A stretch of DNA of 64,000 bases from Myxococcota bacterium (GCA_965250285.1 OZ252299.1:3296001-3360000), one strand, 5' to 3'. Numbered from the stretch's first letter, positions 1 to 9,628 are shown. Translations and numbers: made by a program. Notes: generated by a model from the letters alone, not told the origin.

Positions 1-439
1 GCACCCCGTCGGCGTAGCGAGCCGCGATGGCTCCCTCGTCGACGTCCTGGTTGAAGCGGATGCGCCGTTCGAAGCGGACGAGGCCGTCGTCCTTGGCATC
101 CGATTCGGTGGACTCGGAGGCGTCGGCGCCCGTCTCTGCAGACGCCGAGGCCTCGTCGGCCTTGGGCGCGGGGCCGAAGCGGCGCGCGCCCTTGATGGTG
201 AGGACACCCTCTTGCACCGAAACCTCGAGCTGGTCTCGAGCGACGCCCGGGACCTCGGCCGTCACTTCGAAGCCCTCTTCGGTCTCGACCGCCTGAATGC
301 GGGGCGACCAGGTCTGGAGCCCGGCCGCGTAGCGGCGAGCGGGGGCGCCGAGACGGTTCATGCGTCCGAACGCGCGCTCGGCCTCACGCAGGGCAGCCCA
401 GGGATGAACGGGGCGTCGATGAATCAAACCAACAGACAT
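1..439 (-). CDS. Hsp20/alpha-crystallin small heat-shock protein (3' end runs off the window)
   Basis: Not in the ORF track. Manual translation from ATG 439 (GGAGG 10 nt upstream) gives MSVGLIHRRPVHPWAAL...VETEEGFEVTAEVPGVARDQLEVSVQEGVLTIKG...FERRIRFNQDVDEGAIAARYADGV, which carries the alpha-crystallin motifs. Confidence 0.9.
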   Translation of the reverse strand, partial: MSVGLIHRRPVHPWAALREAERAFGRMNRLGAPARRYAAGLQTWSPRIQAVETEEGFEVTAEVPGVARDQLEVSVQEGVLTIKGARRFGPAPKADEASASAETGADASESTESDAKDDGLVRFERRIRFNQDVDEGAIAARYADGV

Positions 440-717
440 GATTTTCATTCCTCCAAACACGAGATCGCACCGTACAGTGGCTCTCGTACTCTGCCGTCGA
501 TCTCGAGCCGATCGCGCTGGCGCGTCCCATCCGCGCCGGTCGATCTGGCGATGTCGCATGGATGTTCACGCCGGGCGGAGGGTCAACCGCGCGGCGACAT
601 TTTTTCGATGAGCAGCCCCCAGGCGCCGCTCAGGGGCGCGCAGCCCAGGTGGCTTCCCGGAGGGCGCGCGCACGCGATGCCGGCCGCGCCGCCGAGTCGA
701 GGCAGGCATGCGAGGTC

Positions 718-1911
718 TCAGATGACGCCTTCGTCGCGCAGCGCCGCGATCTCGTCGGCCGACAGACCGAGCTCGGCGTAGATGCGATCGGCGTCCTCGC
801 CGAGCTCGGGCGCGAGCGCCCGCTTGCGAGGCGGCAGGTCGTCGAACTTCAGCGGGTTGCCGTGAAAACAGACCTCGCCGATGCGTGGATGGGGGCGCCG
901 CTCGATCATGTCTCGGGCCAGCATCTGCGGGTCGTCGGCCAGCTCCTCGGGGCGCACGACCTTGGCCACGGGCACGTCGGCGCCGTCCGGCCCGAGCGCG
1001 GCGAGCACCTCGTCGCAGGTTCGCTCGGCCGACCAGTCGGCGAAGATCGTGTTCAGCTCGGTGCGATTCGCGGCGCGCACGCGGTGATTCGCGAAGCGCT
1101 CGTCCTTGCCGAGCTCGGGGCGGCCGATGCCCTCGCAGAGCTTGCGAAAGAGTCGGTTGCTCGCGCTCGCCATCACGACGTGGCCGTCGGTCGTGGCGTA
1201 GCAGTCGTAGGGCGCCGTAAAGGGATGTTGATTGCCCATGCGTTCGGTCGTCGCGCCAATGCCCTCGTGAATCGTGAGCGCCGAGTCGGTCACGGCGAAC
1301 ATCGCATCCTGGTTCGAGAGGTCGAGCACGCGGCCCCGACCGGTGCGCTCGCGCTCGAGCAACGCGGTCACCAGACCGACCGCGAGGTAGAGCCCGCCGA
1401 CGAAGTCGCCCAGCGCTCCGCCGCCACGCACAGGCGGGCCGCCTTGAAACCCCGTCATGGCCATGAAGCCGCTCGCCGCCTGAGCCACGATGTCGTACGA
1501 CGCGCGGCCAGCGGCGGGCCCCGTTTGTCCGTACCCCGACAGCGATGCGACGACGCAGCGCGGGTTCCGTTCCTGGATCACGTCGGGACCCAGCCCCTGC
1601 TTCTCCATCCAGCCCGCCCGAAAGTTCTCGACGACCGCATCGGCCCCCTCGACGAGTCGCAGCAACAGCGCCCGCCCCTGCTCGGTGCGGACGTCGAGTG
1701 TGATCGAGTGCTTGCCTCGATTGTTGTTCTGAAACGACAGCGAAAGCTCGCCCTTCTTCGAAGGGCCGTAGCGATAGTCGTCGCCGGTGCGGGGCCGCTC
1801 GACCTTGATCACTTCGGCGCCGAGATCGGCGAGGATCGCGGTCGCGAAGGGACCGGCCACGACCCGGGTGAGGTCGAGGATGCGAAAGCCTTCGAGGGGG
1901 CGGGTGGGCAT
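718..1911 (-). CDS. Family III CoA-transferase (CaiB/BaiF)
   Basis: PLEGFRILDLTRVVAGPF, LADLGAEVIKVE, NRGKHSITLD, ENFRAG and APELGE motifs; start trimmed to ATG 1911. Confidence 0.92.
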   Translation of the reverse strand: MPTRPLEGFRILDLTRVVAGPFATAILADLGAEVIKVERPRTGDDYRYGPSKKGELSLSFQNNNRGKHSITLDVRTEQGRALLLRLVEGADAVVENFRAGWMEKQGLGPDVIQERNPRCVVASLSGYGQTGPAAGRASYDIVAQAASGFMAMTGFQGGPPVRGGGALGDFVGGLYLAVGLVTALLERERTGRGRVLDLSNQDAMFAVTDSALTIHEGIGATTERMGNQHPFTAPYDCYATTDGHVVMASASNRLFRKLCEGIGRPELGKDERFANHRVRAANRTELNTIFADWSAERTCDEVLAALGPDGADVPVAKVVRPEELADDPQMLARDMIERRPHPRIGEVCFHGNPLKFDDLPPRKRALAPELGEDADRIYAELGLSADEIAALRDEGVI

Positions 1912-2119
1912 CGATTCAGCTCCATTCGAACGGGCGCGAGGCGCCTGAGGGGCACCAGAGGGCCTTCGCCCCGGGCCGTGCTTCCTTCTGCCGCGCGTCG
2001 GCCGTACACTCGAACGGGACGGCGCGAGGAGATCTCCGCCGGCCCTCCCCGCCGCCGCGGTGCGAGGCCCTTCGGCCCGCACAGGGGTGACCCCGGTCGC
2101 GGAAACGGAGGGAGCCGTG

Positions 2120-2671
2120 ATGGTCGACGAGTTCTCACAGACGAACACACCCGACACGCGAACCCGCCCGAAGGGCGAGATTCTGTACGACGCATTCTAC
2201 TCCGGCGCCATCGGTGGGAGCATCGTGGCGCTCTTCTTCCTCGTCGTCGACGCGTTCGGTGAAGGGCCGCTCTTCACACCGTCGCTGATGGGCAGCGTGC
2301 TCTTCGGCGGCGCGCCTGCCGACACGCTGACCGGCATCGACATGCCGATGGCGGCCGCCTACACCATCGTCCACTTCATCAGCTTCGGGCTGCTCGGGCT
2401 GGCGGCGTCGTTCATCGTCCACGAGGTCGAGCTGCACGCGAAGGATCCGATGCTCACCCTGGCGCTGCTCTTCATCCTCTTCGAGGCGACGTTCGCCTTC
2501 GCCGCGAGCGTCTTCATGCCCGGGATCATGGAGCGAATCGGAGGGGTCCACATCGCGGCCGCGAATCTGCTCTCGGCCGCCGGCATGGGGCTGTTCTTCC
2601 TGACGGCGCACCGACCGGGCGTCTGGGACGCGTTGAAACGCGGCGAGCCCGAGCCGCAAAGGCACGGCTAG
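2120..2671 (+). CDS. Hypothetical integral membrane protein (about 4 TM segments)
   Basis: GGAGGGAG upstream of GTG/ATG 2117/2120; strong GC3 codon bias; hydrophobic segments. Confidence 0.75.
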   Translation: MVDEFSQTNTPDTRTRPKGEILYDAFYSGAIGGSIVALFFLVVDAFGEGPLFTPSLMGSVLFGGAPADTLTGIDMPMAAAYTIVHFISFGLLGLAASFIVHEVELHAKDPMLTLALLFILFEATFAFAASVFMPGIMERIGGVHIAAANLLSAAGMGLFFLTAHRPGVWDALKRGEPEPQRHG

Positions 2672-2739
2672 CGGCCGACGCAGAAGGCGGGTCGGATCGA
2701 ACGCGGCAGAGGCGCCGCTGCGCGACGCGCCGTGTCGAG

Positions 2740-3105
2740 CTAGAGCCGGACGACCGCCAGGATCGCGCCGATCGTGCCCACCAGCGCGATCGCGTAGAGC
2801 ACCCCGCCGACGAGGCCGTCACGCGCCTCGCCGCCGAAGTCGATCAGCAGCGACCGAACGTGGTGTGCGCCCTTCCAGAGCGGCAGCGCGATGATCGCGG
2901 CCACCACGAGCGCGCCGATCGGAATACCCAGAATCGACGCCGTCGCGAGCGCGTGCGCGCGCTCGTAAGAGAGGTCGACCAGACCGAGCGGCGCCGCGAT
3001 GCCGACCATGATCAGCCACGGCGTGAGCAGCATCGTCCCGAGCAGGATGCCCTGACCGAACATGAGCCAGATGATGGGCTCGAGCGTGAGCAGCAGCTTC
3101 TTCAT
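2740..3105 (-). CDS. frdD: Fumarate reductase membrane anchor subunit D
   Basis: LEPIIWLMFGQG and LPLWKGAHHVRSLLIDFG resemble FrdD; 3 TM segments; overlaps the frdC stop by 4 nt. Confidence 0.8.
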   Translation of the reverse strand: MKKLLLTLEPIIWLMFGQGILLGTMLLTPWLIMVGIAAPLGLVDLSYERAHALATASILGIPIGALVVAAIIALPLWKGAHHVRSLLIDFGGEARDGLVGGVLYAIALVGTIGAILAVVRL

Positions 3106-3542
3106 CCGAAGACCCCTCCGATGATCGCGCAGAGGATCACGGTCACCGCGATCCACGCCACGTAGAGGCCGGCGAGGATCAACTGGGCCGGCGGCGGCTT
3201 GAGCGGGCCGATGGCCTTGGGCTGCGCCTTCGGGAACAGCGAGAAGAAGCGCACGGCCACGAAGACGACGCTGACCAGCGTGATCACGTGGAAGAGCAAG
3301 TAGATCGGGTTCGACAGCTGCGCGAGCGCGGCGTCCCAGGCCTCGGGGCCGCGGCCCAGCGCCCAGACGAGGCGCAGCGCCACGAGCCCGGCCAGGATGT
3401 AGACGATGCCCGTCGCATCGAAGAGCAGGTAGTTGCGGATGCGCGGGGCCGACCACCAGCTCGCGGGCTGGCGCGGCGGTGCCGTGCGCGTCGGCCCGGG
3501 CTTCGGCGGGGCCATCGCTTCGGGATGAGCCGATCCGGCCAT
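3102..3542 (-). CDS. frdC: Fumarate reductase membrane anchor subunit C
   Basis: WW..PRIRNYLLFDATG, 3 TM segments, FFSLFPKA; lies between frdB and frdD. Confidence 0.78.
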   Translation of the reverse strand: MAGSAHPEAMAPPKPGPTRTAPPRQPASWWSAPRIRNYLLFDATGIVYILAGLVALRLVWALGRGPEAWDAALAQLSNPIYLLFHVITLVSVVFVAVRFFSLFPKAQPKAIGPLKPPPAQLILAGLYVAWIAVTVILCAIIGGVFG

Positions 3543-3543
3543 C

Positions 3544-4308
3544 TCAGTTTCCTCCTCGGGGCAGCACGAGGTGCTTGGCCCAATCGATCACGGCCGCGAA
3601 CTTCGCCTGATTCACGGCCGCCGCGGGATCGACGTTCTTCGGGCAGACCTCGCTGCATTCGTTCGCGTACGAGCAGCTGAAGACCGTGCCTTCGCCGCGG
3701 AAGATGTCGAGCCGCTCCTCTTCGCCCTCGTCGCGCGAGTCGAGGTTGTACCGGTGTCCGAGCGCGATGGCGGCGGGCCCGATGAACTCGGGCTCGTTAG
3801 CCACGACGGGGCAGGCCGAGTAGCAGAGCAGGCAATTGATGCACATGCTGAACTGCTTGAACGTCGAGAGCTGCTCGGGCGACTGGCTGTACGTGCCCTT
3901 CTCGTTCAGCGCTTCGAAGTCGTCGGCCCGCTCCTTCGCGCGCACGATCCACGGCTTGACCTTGCGGAACTTGTGCATGAAGCCGTCGAGCTCCACGACG
4001 AGATCCCGGACGATGGGAAAGTTGGCGAGCGGCTCGATCACGATGCGATCGGCGTAGTCGTCGAGCGACGTCTTGCAGGTGAGCTTGGGCTCGCCGTTCA
4101 CCATCATCCCGCAGCTGCCACAGACCGCCATGCGGCACGACCAGCGGTGCGAGATCGACGAGTCGCACTCGTCCTTGATGTAGTTGATCGCGTCGAGGAC
4201 CTTCCAGCCCGGCTGCACCGGGATCTCGAACTCCTGCAGTCGCGGCTCCTGATCCTGATCGGGATCGAAGCGCGTGATCGCGACCTTCAGCTGTCGTCCG
4301 TCGGCCAT
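3544..4308 (-). CDS. frdB: Fumarate reductase/succinate dehydrogenase iron-sulfur subunit
   Basis: CRMAVCGSC ([2Fe-2S]), CINCLLCYSACP and CSYANECSEVCP; ATG 4308 overlaps the frdA stop. Confidence 0.93.
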   Translation of the reverse strand: MADGRQLKVAITRFDPDQDQEPRLQEFEIPVQPGWKVLDAINYIKDECDSSISHRWSCRMAVCGSCGMMVNGEPKLTCKTSLDDYADRIVIEPLANFPIVRDLVVELDGFMHKFRKVKPWIVRAKERADDFEALNEKGTYSQSPEQLSTFKQFSMCINCLLCYSACPVVANEPEFIGPAAIALGHRYNLDSRDEGEEERLDIFRGEGTVFSCSYANECSEVCPKNVDPAAAVNQAKFAAVIDWAKHLVLPRGGN

Positions 4309-6038
4309 CAGTACTTGCGCTCCTCGGGCTCCCAGTGGCCCAGCGTCACGTCCTTCTTGCCGAGGCGGGGTCGGCCGCCGGCTTCGTCTCGATGACACAT
4401 CGTGTGATAGAGGTAGTTCTGGTCGTCCCGCGTCGGGAAGTCACGGCACGTGTGCGCGCCGCGCGACTCCTTGCGATGCGCCGCGGACACCGCCAGCGAC
4501 TCGGCGACCTCGACCATGTTGTGCAGCTCGAGGGCCGCGATGATCTCGGTGTTGAACACCTTGCTCTTGTCGGTGAGCTTGAGATCACCGAGGCGGCTCT
4601 TGATCGACGCCATCGCCTCGACCGTGGCGTGCATCGACTCTTGCCGTCGGTACACACCGCAGCCCTCTTCCATCGTCGCGTTCATCTCGCGGCGGAGCTG
4701 GGCGATCTGCTCGTGCCCCGTCCCTGCCCCGCGCATGGCGTCGACGCGCGCCGCCTCGGCGGCCACCTCGGCCTTGAGTGCGTCTTCGTTGCCCGCCGAC
4801 GTCCCATCGGCGAACTCGAGGGCGTTGAGTCCGGCGGCCGCCCCCGCGACGAGGCACTCCGTCAACGAGTTCGAGCCAAGCCGGTTCGCGCCGTTCAGCG
4901 AAGCGCACGCGACCTCGCCCGCGGCGTAGAGGCCGGGCATCTCGGTCTCGCTCTTCACGTTCGTGTCGACGCCGCCCATCATGTAGTGAACGACCGGCCG
5001 AATCGGGATGTACTCGTAGACCGGATCGACCCCGATGTAGGTCTTGGCGAGCTCCCGCACGAAGGGGAGCTTCTCCATGATGTGGGCCTCACCGAGGTGC
5101 GTGAGGTCGAGCCCGGCGTAGAGACCGAGTTCGCTCTTGAAGCCTCGGTCGGCCTCGAACTCCTGGATGATGGCGCGCGAGATCATGTCGCGCGGGCCGA
5201 GCTCGGCCTTCTGCCCGACGCCGTAGTCGTACTCGACCAGGAAGCGCTCGTCGTTCTTGTTGCGCAGGTAGCCACCCTCACCGCGCGTCGCCTCGGTGAT
5301 GAGGATGCCCGTGCCCGGCAGACCCGTCGGGTGGTACTGGACGAACTCCATGTCCTTGAGCGCGAGGCCCGCGTGGTAGGCGAGGGCCATGCCGTCGCCG
5401 GTCTTGATCGTGCCGTTGGTGGTGAACGGAAAGATCTTGCCGGCGCCGCCGGTCGCGAGGATCACGGCGCGACCGAGCACCGCGGTGTACTCGCCCGTGC
5501 GGATGTTCATCGCGGCGACGCCCTTGGCCTCACCGTTCTCGATGAGGAGCTTCGACACGAAGTACTCGTCGTAGCGGACGATGTTCTCGAAGCGCATGCA
5601 GTGCTGGAAGAGCGCGTGCAGCATGTGGAAGCCGACCTTGTCGGCGGCGTACCACGTGCGCTTGGTCGTCATGCCACCGAATGCCCGCGTCGCCACCGTG
5701 CCGTCTTCGTTGCGCGACCAGGGGCAGCCCCAGTTCTCGAGGAGCGCCAGCTCCTTCGGCGCCTCCTGCGCGAAGTACTCGATGACGTCCTGGTCACCGA
5801 GGAAGTCGGAGCCCTTGACGGTGTCGTAGCCGTGCAGCTCTTCGTTGTCGTCGGCACGCGCCACCGCCGCCGCGCCGCCTTCGGCGCTCACGGTGTGGCT
5901 GCGCATCGGATAGACCTTGGACACCAACGCGATCGAGCACGTCGGGTTGGCCTCCGCTGCGGCGATGGCCGCGCGAAGTCCGGCCGCGCCGCCACCGACG
6001 ATCACGATGTCGTGGCGGGATGCCTGGATCTCGGCCAT
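4308..6038 (-). CDS. frdA: Fumarate reductase flavoprotein subunit
   Basis: GGGAAG FAD motif, RSHTVSAEGG (covalent-FAD His), QYHPTG, HYMMGG, GANRLGSNSL, RKESRGAH; GGAGG before ATG 6038. Confidence 0.93.
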   Translation of the reverse strand: MAEIQASRHDIVIVGGGAAGLRAAIAAAEANPTCSIALVSKVYPMRSHTVSAEGGAAAVARADDNEELHGYDTVKGSDFLGDQDVIEYFAQEAPKELALLENWGCPWSRNEDGTVATRAFGGMTTKRTWYAADKVGFHMLHALFQHCMRFENIVRYDEYFVSKLLIENGEAKGVAAMNIRTGEYTAVLGRAVILATGGAGKIFPFTTNGTIKTGDGMALAYHAGLALKDMEFVQYHPTGLPGTGILITEATRGEGGYLRNKNDERFLVEYDYGVGQKAELGPRDMISRAIIQEFEADRGFKSELGLYAGLDLTHLGEAHIMEKLPFVRELAKTYIGVDPVYEYIPIRPVVHYMMGGVDTNVKSETEMPGLYAAGEVACASLNGANRLGSNSLTECLVAGAAAGLNALEFADGTSAGNEDALKAEVAAEAARVDAMRGAGTGHEQIAQLRREMNATMEEGCGVYRRQESMHATVEAMASIKSRLGDLKLTDKSKVFNTEIIAALELHNMVEVAESLAVSAAHRKESRGAHTCRDFPTRDDQNYLYHTMCHRDEAGGRPRLGKKDVTLGHWEPEERKY

Positions 6039-6187
6039 GAGGACCTCCATCTGGGTCGATTACGAGACGGTCTGTCTCGCATGGGAGAGAGGGTTTACCG
6101 AATCGCCCGATTCACGGAAAGGTGATTGAGAATTCAACCTTTTGGGCGATTCCGGGCCCTTTGGGGGCCCCGCCCGACTTCGATGCC

Positions 6188-7297
6188 TCACATCGTTTCG
6201 GAGTGCGCGGATGCGTCGCGGGCCGGCAGCTGCTGCGTGAGACAGTGCACCGCGCCGAGCCCGATCACCAGGCTCCGGCTCTCGATGCCGATGATCTCAC
6301 GCCCCTCGAAGCACTCGCGCAGTGTCCCGATTGCGCGGGCATCGCTGGCGCCCCCGAAAATCGGGACGAGCACGGCCGCGTTCGAGACGTAGAAGTTGGC
6401 GTGACTGGCCGGCAGGCGGTCGGTGCCCGAGAAGCATGGCGTGGGCATCGGCAGCTCGACGATCTCGAGACCCGGCCAGCTCTGTCGACGCAGGCCATGG
6501 AGCCGAGCGAGGTTGTCGGCGAGGGCCCCGTGATTCGCGTCGGCCGCATCGTCCTCGACCGCCGTGACGACCACCGAGTCAGCCACGAAGCGCGTGAGGT
6601 CGTCGACGTGCCCGTCCGTATCGTCGCCGACGATCCCTTCGCCGAGCCAGACGACGCGCTCGGCCGCCAGCGCGTCGAAGAGGACGCGCTCGAGGGCTTC
6701 GCGCGAGCGCGCTCGACCCTGGGCGCCCCGATTCGGGTGCAGCAGGCACGCTTCGGTCGTCAGCACGGCGCCCGCGCCATTGCCGTCGATCGCGCCCGGC
6801 TCGAGGACGATCCCGGGCTCGAAGCGCGGCACGTCCAGCGCATCGGCCATACGCAACGCCACCCGGGCATCGTGATCCCAGGGCGGGTACTTGCCGCCCC
6901 AGGCATCGAACTCGAAGTCGACCGCGGCCACCGGGGCGAGGTCGTCGGGCGCGGGCTCTGCGGCCGTCACGAAGAGCGCGCCGTGATCGCGCACCCATGC
7001 GTCGTCGGTCTCGATCTCGTACAGATCGACCCGCGATTCGAGCGACGCGTCTCGCGCGCGCAGCTGTTGAGTGACCCGTTCGCCCATCGCCTGGTCGCGC
7101 ACGTTGATCGCGACCCGCTCGCCCGGCGCGATCGCGGCGACGATGTCGACGAAGGTCGACTCGACGGCGGCGAGTCCCTCTGTCCAGGTCTCGACGTTGT
7201 GGGGCCAGCTCAGCCAGGTCGCCGCATGGGGCTCCCATTCGGCGGGCCAGCGGTAGCCCGCCGCGCGCGGGCTCTCGGCACCGCCCGGCGGCCCCAC
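6188..7297 (-). CDS. aguA: Agmatine deiminase family protein
   Basis: WPAEWEPH, DAWVRDHG, DDTDGHVDD and GLGAVHCLTQQ motifs. Confidence 0.88.
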   Translation of the reverse strand: MGPPGGAESPRAAGYRWPAEWEPHAATWLSWPHNVETWTEGLAAVESTFVDIVAAIAPGERVAINVRDQAMGERVTQQLRARDASLESRVDLYEIETDDAWVRDHGALFVTAAEPAPDDLAPVAAVDFEFDAWGGKYPPWDHDARVALRMADALDVPRFEPGIVLEPGAIDGNGAGAVLTTEACLLHPNRGAQGRARSREALERVLFDALAAERVVWLGEGIVGDDTDGHVDDLTRFVADSVVVTAVEDDAADANHGALADNLARLHGLRRQSWPGLEIVELPMPTPCFSGTDRLPASHANFYVSNAAVLVPIFGGASDARAIGTLRECFEGREIIGIESRSLVIGLGAVHCLTQQLPARDASAHSETM

Positions 7298-7300
7298 GGT

Positions 7301-8227
7301 TCAGGACTCGTCGCGCAGGCGGCGCTGTAGATCGCCATAGGCGTCGATGCGCCGGTCGCGCAGAAACGGCCATTCGCGCCGGGTCCGCTCGACGAGGCCC
7401 AGGTCGCAGTCGACGACGAGCACGGCCTCTGCATCAGCCGGGGCCCGCGCGATCACGCGGCCGCGGGGGTCGGCCACAAACGACTGCCCCCAGAAGCGGA
7501 TCCCATCCTCTGCGTCGGCACCCGGAAGGCGTTCGTGCCCCACCCGGTTCACGGCGACGACGAAGACGCCGTTGGCGATCGCGTGGGCGCGCTGGGCCGT
7601 CTCCCAGCTCTCGTGCTGGGTGGCGTCTTCTTCGGCGCTCTCGCCGTGCTGCCAACCGATGGCCGTCGGGTAGAGCAGCAGCTCGGCCCCGGCGAGCGCC
7701 GTCAGCCTGGCGGCCTCGGGAAACCACTGATCCCAGCACACCAGTGCCCCCACGCGGCCGACGCGCGTGTCGTGCGCGACGAAGCCGAGGTCGCCCGGCG
7801 TGAAGAAGAACTTCTCGTAGTAGAGCGGGTCGTCGGGGATGTGCATCTTGCGATAGCGGCCGGCGAGACTGCCATCGGCGTCGAGGACCACCGCGGTGTT
7901 GTGATAGACGCCGGCCGTGCGGCGCTCGAAGAGCGATCCGACGATCACCACGCCATGCTCGGCCGCCGCCTTGCCCAGGGCCTCTGTGCCCGGGCCGGGG
8001 ATCGGCTCGGCCTCGTCGAAGCGAGCGGCGTCTTCGCTCTGACACGGGTAGGTCGCCTGAAACAGCTCCTGCAAACAGACGAGCCCGGCTCCCTGCGCGG
8101 CTGCTTCGGCGACGCCTGCGAGCGCTCGCTCGAGGTTGGCCCGACGGTCCGACCCACAGGCCATCTGCACGAGGCCGACGCGCAGTGTGCGCTCGGGTTC
8201 GGGGACTTCGGCGGAGGGGCTCGACAT
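7301..8227 (-). CDS. aguB: N-carbamoylputrescine amidase (carbon-nitrogen hydrolase)
   Basis: E-K-C triad in CLQELF, YRKMHIPDDP and VCWDQWFPE; WPFLRDRR; adjacent to aguA. Confidence 0.88.
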   Translation of the reverse strand: MSSPSAEVPEPERTLRVGLVQMACGSDRRANLERALAGVAEAAAQGAGLVCLQELFQATYPCQSEDAARFDEAEPIPGPGTEALGKAAAEHGVVIVGSLFERRTAGVYHNTAVVLDADGSLAGRYRKMHIPDDPLYYEKFFFTPGDLGFVAHDTRVGRVGALVCWDQWFPEAARLTALAGAELLLYPTAIGWQHGESAEEDATQHESWETAQRAHAIANGVFVVAVNRVGHERLPGADAEDGIRFWGQSFVADPRGRVIARAPADAEAVLVVDCDLGLVERTRREWPFLRDRRIDAYGDLQRRLRDES

Positions 8228-8414
8228 GGCGCTTCTCTAGTGCACGGCCCGAGGCGCTGCAAGCAGGGCGGCTCGGGGCGCGACGTGGTCCGCGCGGCGC
8301 GACACCGGGGGGGATGAGCTGGGGCCGGGGGCCCTCGTGACCGGAGCTGTCACGCTGCCGCGCGACGTTCTCGGTCGGGCGGGATCCGGGGGATTGGAGA
8401 GGGAGAGCGCGAAC

Positions 8415-9044
8415 GTGATCAGCCAGACCCGAACGAGCGGTTCCAGTGGTTCGAGTGGTTCCAATGGTTCAAGCGGTTCCGATGGTTCGAGTGGTTTCAA
8501 TGGTTCAAGCGGTTCCAGTGGTTCGAATGGTTCCAGTGGTTCCAGAGACGTGCGCAGTGCACGCAGCGATCGGGACGAGAACGGAGACGGAGAACGGGAC
8601 GACGCCCGCATCGATCGCGCCAACCGGCGTTTCCGGCGCGATCGAGGCAGACACGCGAGCGGCCCACGGCGACGTCGCGCGCCTCTCGCGCGTCGAGGCG
8701 CGGCCCTACGCGTCCGCATGGCGCCGGTCGACGCGTCCCGCGCTCGGCCCGCCGCCGGCGGCGCCCCTGCATCGGCCATCGCACGACCCTCAGCGCCCCG
8801 CGGCGGCGTGAGTGAAGGCCTGGCCGTGATGCTCTCGGTCGTCGTCTTCGGGCTCGGGGCCGCCGCCGTCGTTGCGCAGAGCGAGCTGCAAGCACGCGAT
8901 CCCGGCCTCGACATCGCGCTGCTTCGAGCGCACGCATCTCGCCCGCCTGCCTCGGTCACCCCCGACGGCACTCGCCACGTCCACACCTCCAGCTCGCCGG
9001 CGGCGCCCCCCACGTGGTCGCCGGCGGGGGACGTGGCGAGGTAG
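8415..9044 (+). CDS. Hypothetical protein with N-terminal (xGS)12 repeat and one TM segment
   Basis: GGAGAGGGAG upstream of GTG 8415; Ser/Gly repeat, Arg-rich linker, hydrophobic LAVMLSVVVFGLGAAAVVA; no recognisable domain. Confidence 0.45.
   Translation: MISQTRTSGSSGSSGSNGSSGSDGSSGFNGSSGSSGSNGSSGSRDVRSARSDRDENGDGERDDARIDRANRRFRRDRGRHASGPRRRRAPLARRGAALRVRMAPVDASRARPAAGGAPASAIARPSAPRGGVSEGLAVMLSVVVFGLGAAAVVAQSELQARDPGLDIALLRAHASRPPASVTPDGTRHVHTSSSPAAPPTWSPAGDVAR
8436..8543. repeat. 12 x 9-bp tandem repeat (consensus AGTGGTTCC) with a 36-bp higher-order period
   Basis: Units: AGCGGTTCC AGTGGTTCG AGTGGTTCC AATGGTTCA / AGCGGTTCC GATGGTTCG AGTGGTTTC AATGGTTCA / AGCGGTTCC AGTGGTTCG AATGGTTCC AGTGGTTCC. 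Confidence 0.95.
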
Positions 9045-9136
9045 CCTGGCGCCTCGCACGCGGTGACCCGCTCTGGGCACCGCGTGCGAGGCCCGCGTGG
9101 GCGACGCCGCGCGCCGCGGGCGGGGGTCGCTCGAAG

Positions 9137-9628
9137 ATGACGAAGCGAGTCGAGCACGGAACGACGGGGCCGACCGCCCTGCCGCCGGTCGAACGTTGGC
9201 TCGTCGATGGCTTCAACGTGCTCCACGCCGTGGTCCTCGGCGGCGAGCCGCGGGCCGAGTTCTGGAGCGCGTCACAACGCGCGAGGCTGATCGACCGGCT
9301 GGCCCGCGGCCTCGGCGAAGGCGCGGCCGGACGAGCCGGGATCGTGGTCGTGTTCGACGGCCAGCGGCCGCTCGAAGGCGACGCAGCGCATCCAGCCCCG
9401 GCGCTCGAGGTCGTGTTCGCTCCATCGGCGGACGAGTGGATCGTGAAGCACGTGCGCCGCGCCGCGAACGAGGCCGGTGCCGTGCGGCCGGTCGGCGTCG
9501 TGAGCAACGATCGGCAGGTCGCCGGGCGCTGCCGGCACGCGGGGGCCCCGGTCGTCGCCCCAGCCCACTTCATGTCGCACTTCCCGGCCACCGAAGGCGA
9601 GGCCGCCGAAGGCCCGAGCGGTCACTGA
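9137..9628 (+). CDS. NYN-domain (YacP-like, PIN fold) putative RNase
   Basis: WLVDGFNV, VVVFDG, SADEWI and VVSNDR acidic motifs. Confidence 0.8.
   Translation: MTKRVEHGTTGPTALPPVERWLVDGFNVLHAVVLGGEPRAEFWSASQRARLIDRLARGLGEGAAGRAGIVVVFDGQRPLEGDAAHPAPALEVVFAPSADEWIVKHVRRAANEAGAVRPVGVVSNDRQVAGRCRHAGAPVVAPAHFMSHFPATEGEAAEGPSGH

Noticed and set aside
6126..6137. TTGAGAATTCAA as a canonical FNR box
   Set aside because: It is 12 bp rather than the 14-bp TTGAT-N4-ATCAA; kept only as an unassigned palindrome.
8436..8543. Repeat array considered as a CRISPR
   Set aside because: The units are 9 bp, contiguous, with no unique spacers, and no cas genes are present.
8237..9226. Minus-strand ORF with (EPL)n repeat
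   Set aside because: It overlaps the NYN gene, has no clear SD, and the rest is low-complexity Arg/Ala/Pro; the plus-strand frame is more plausible.
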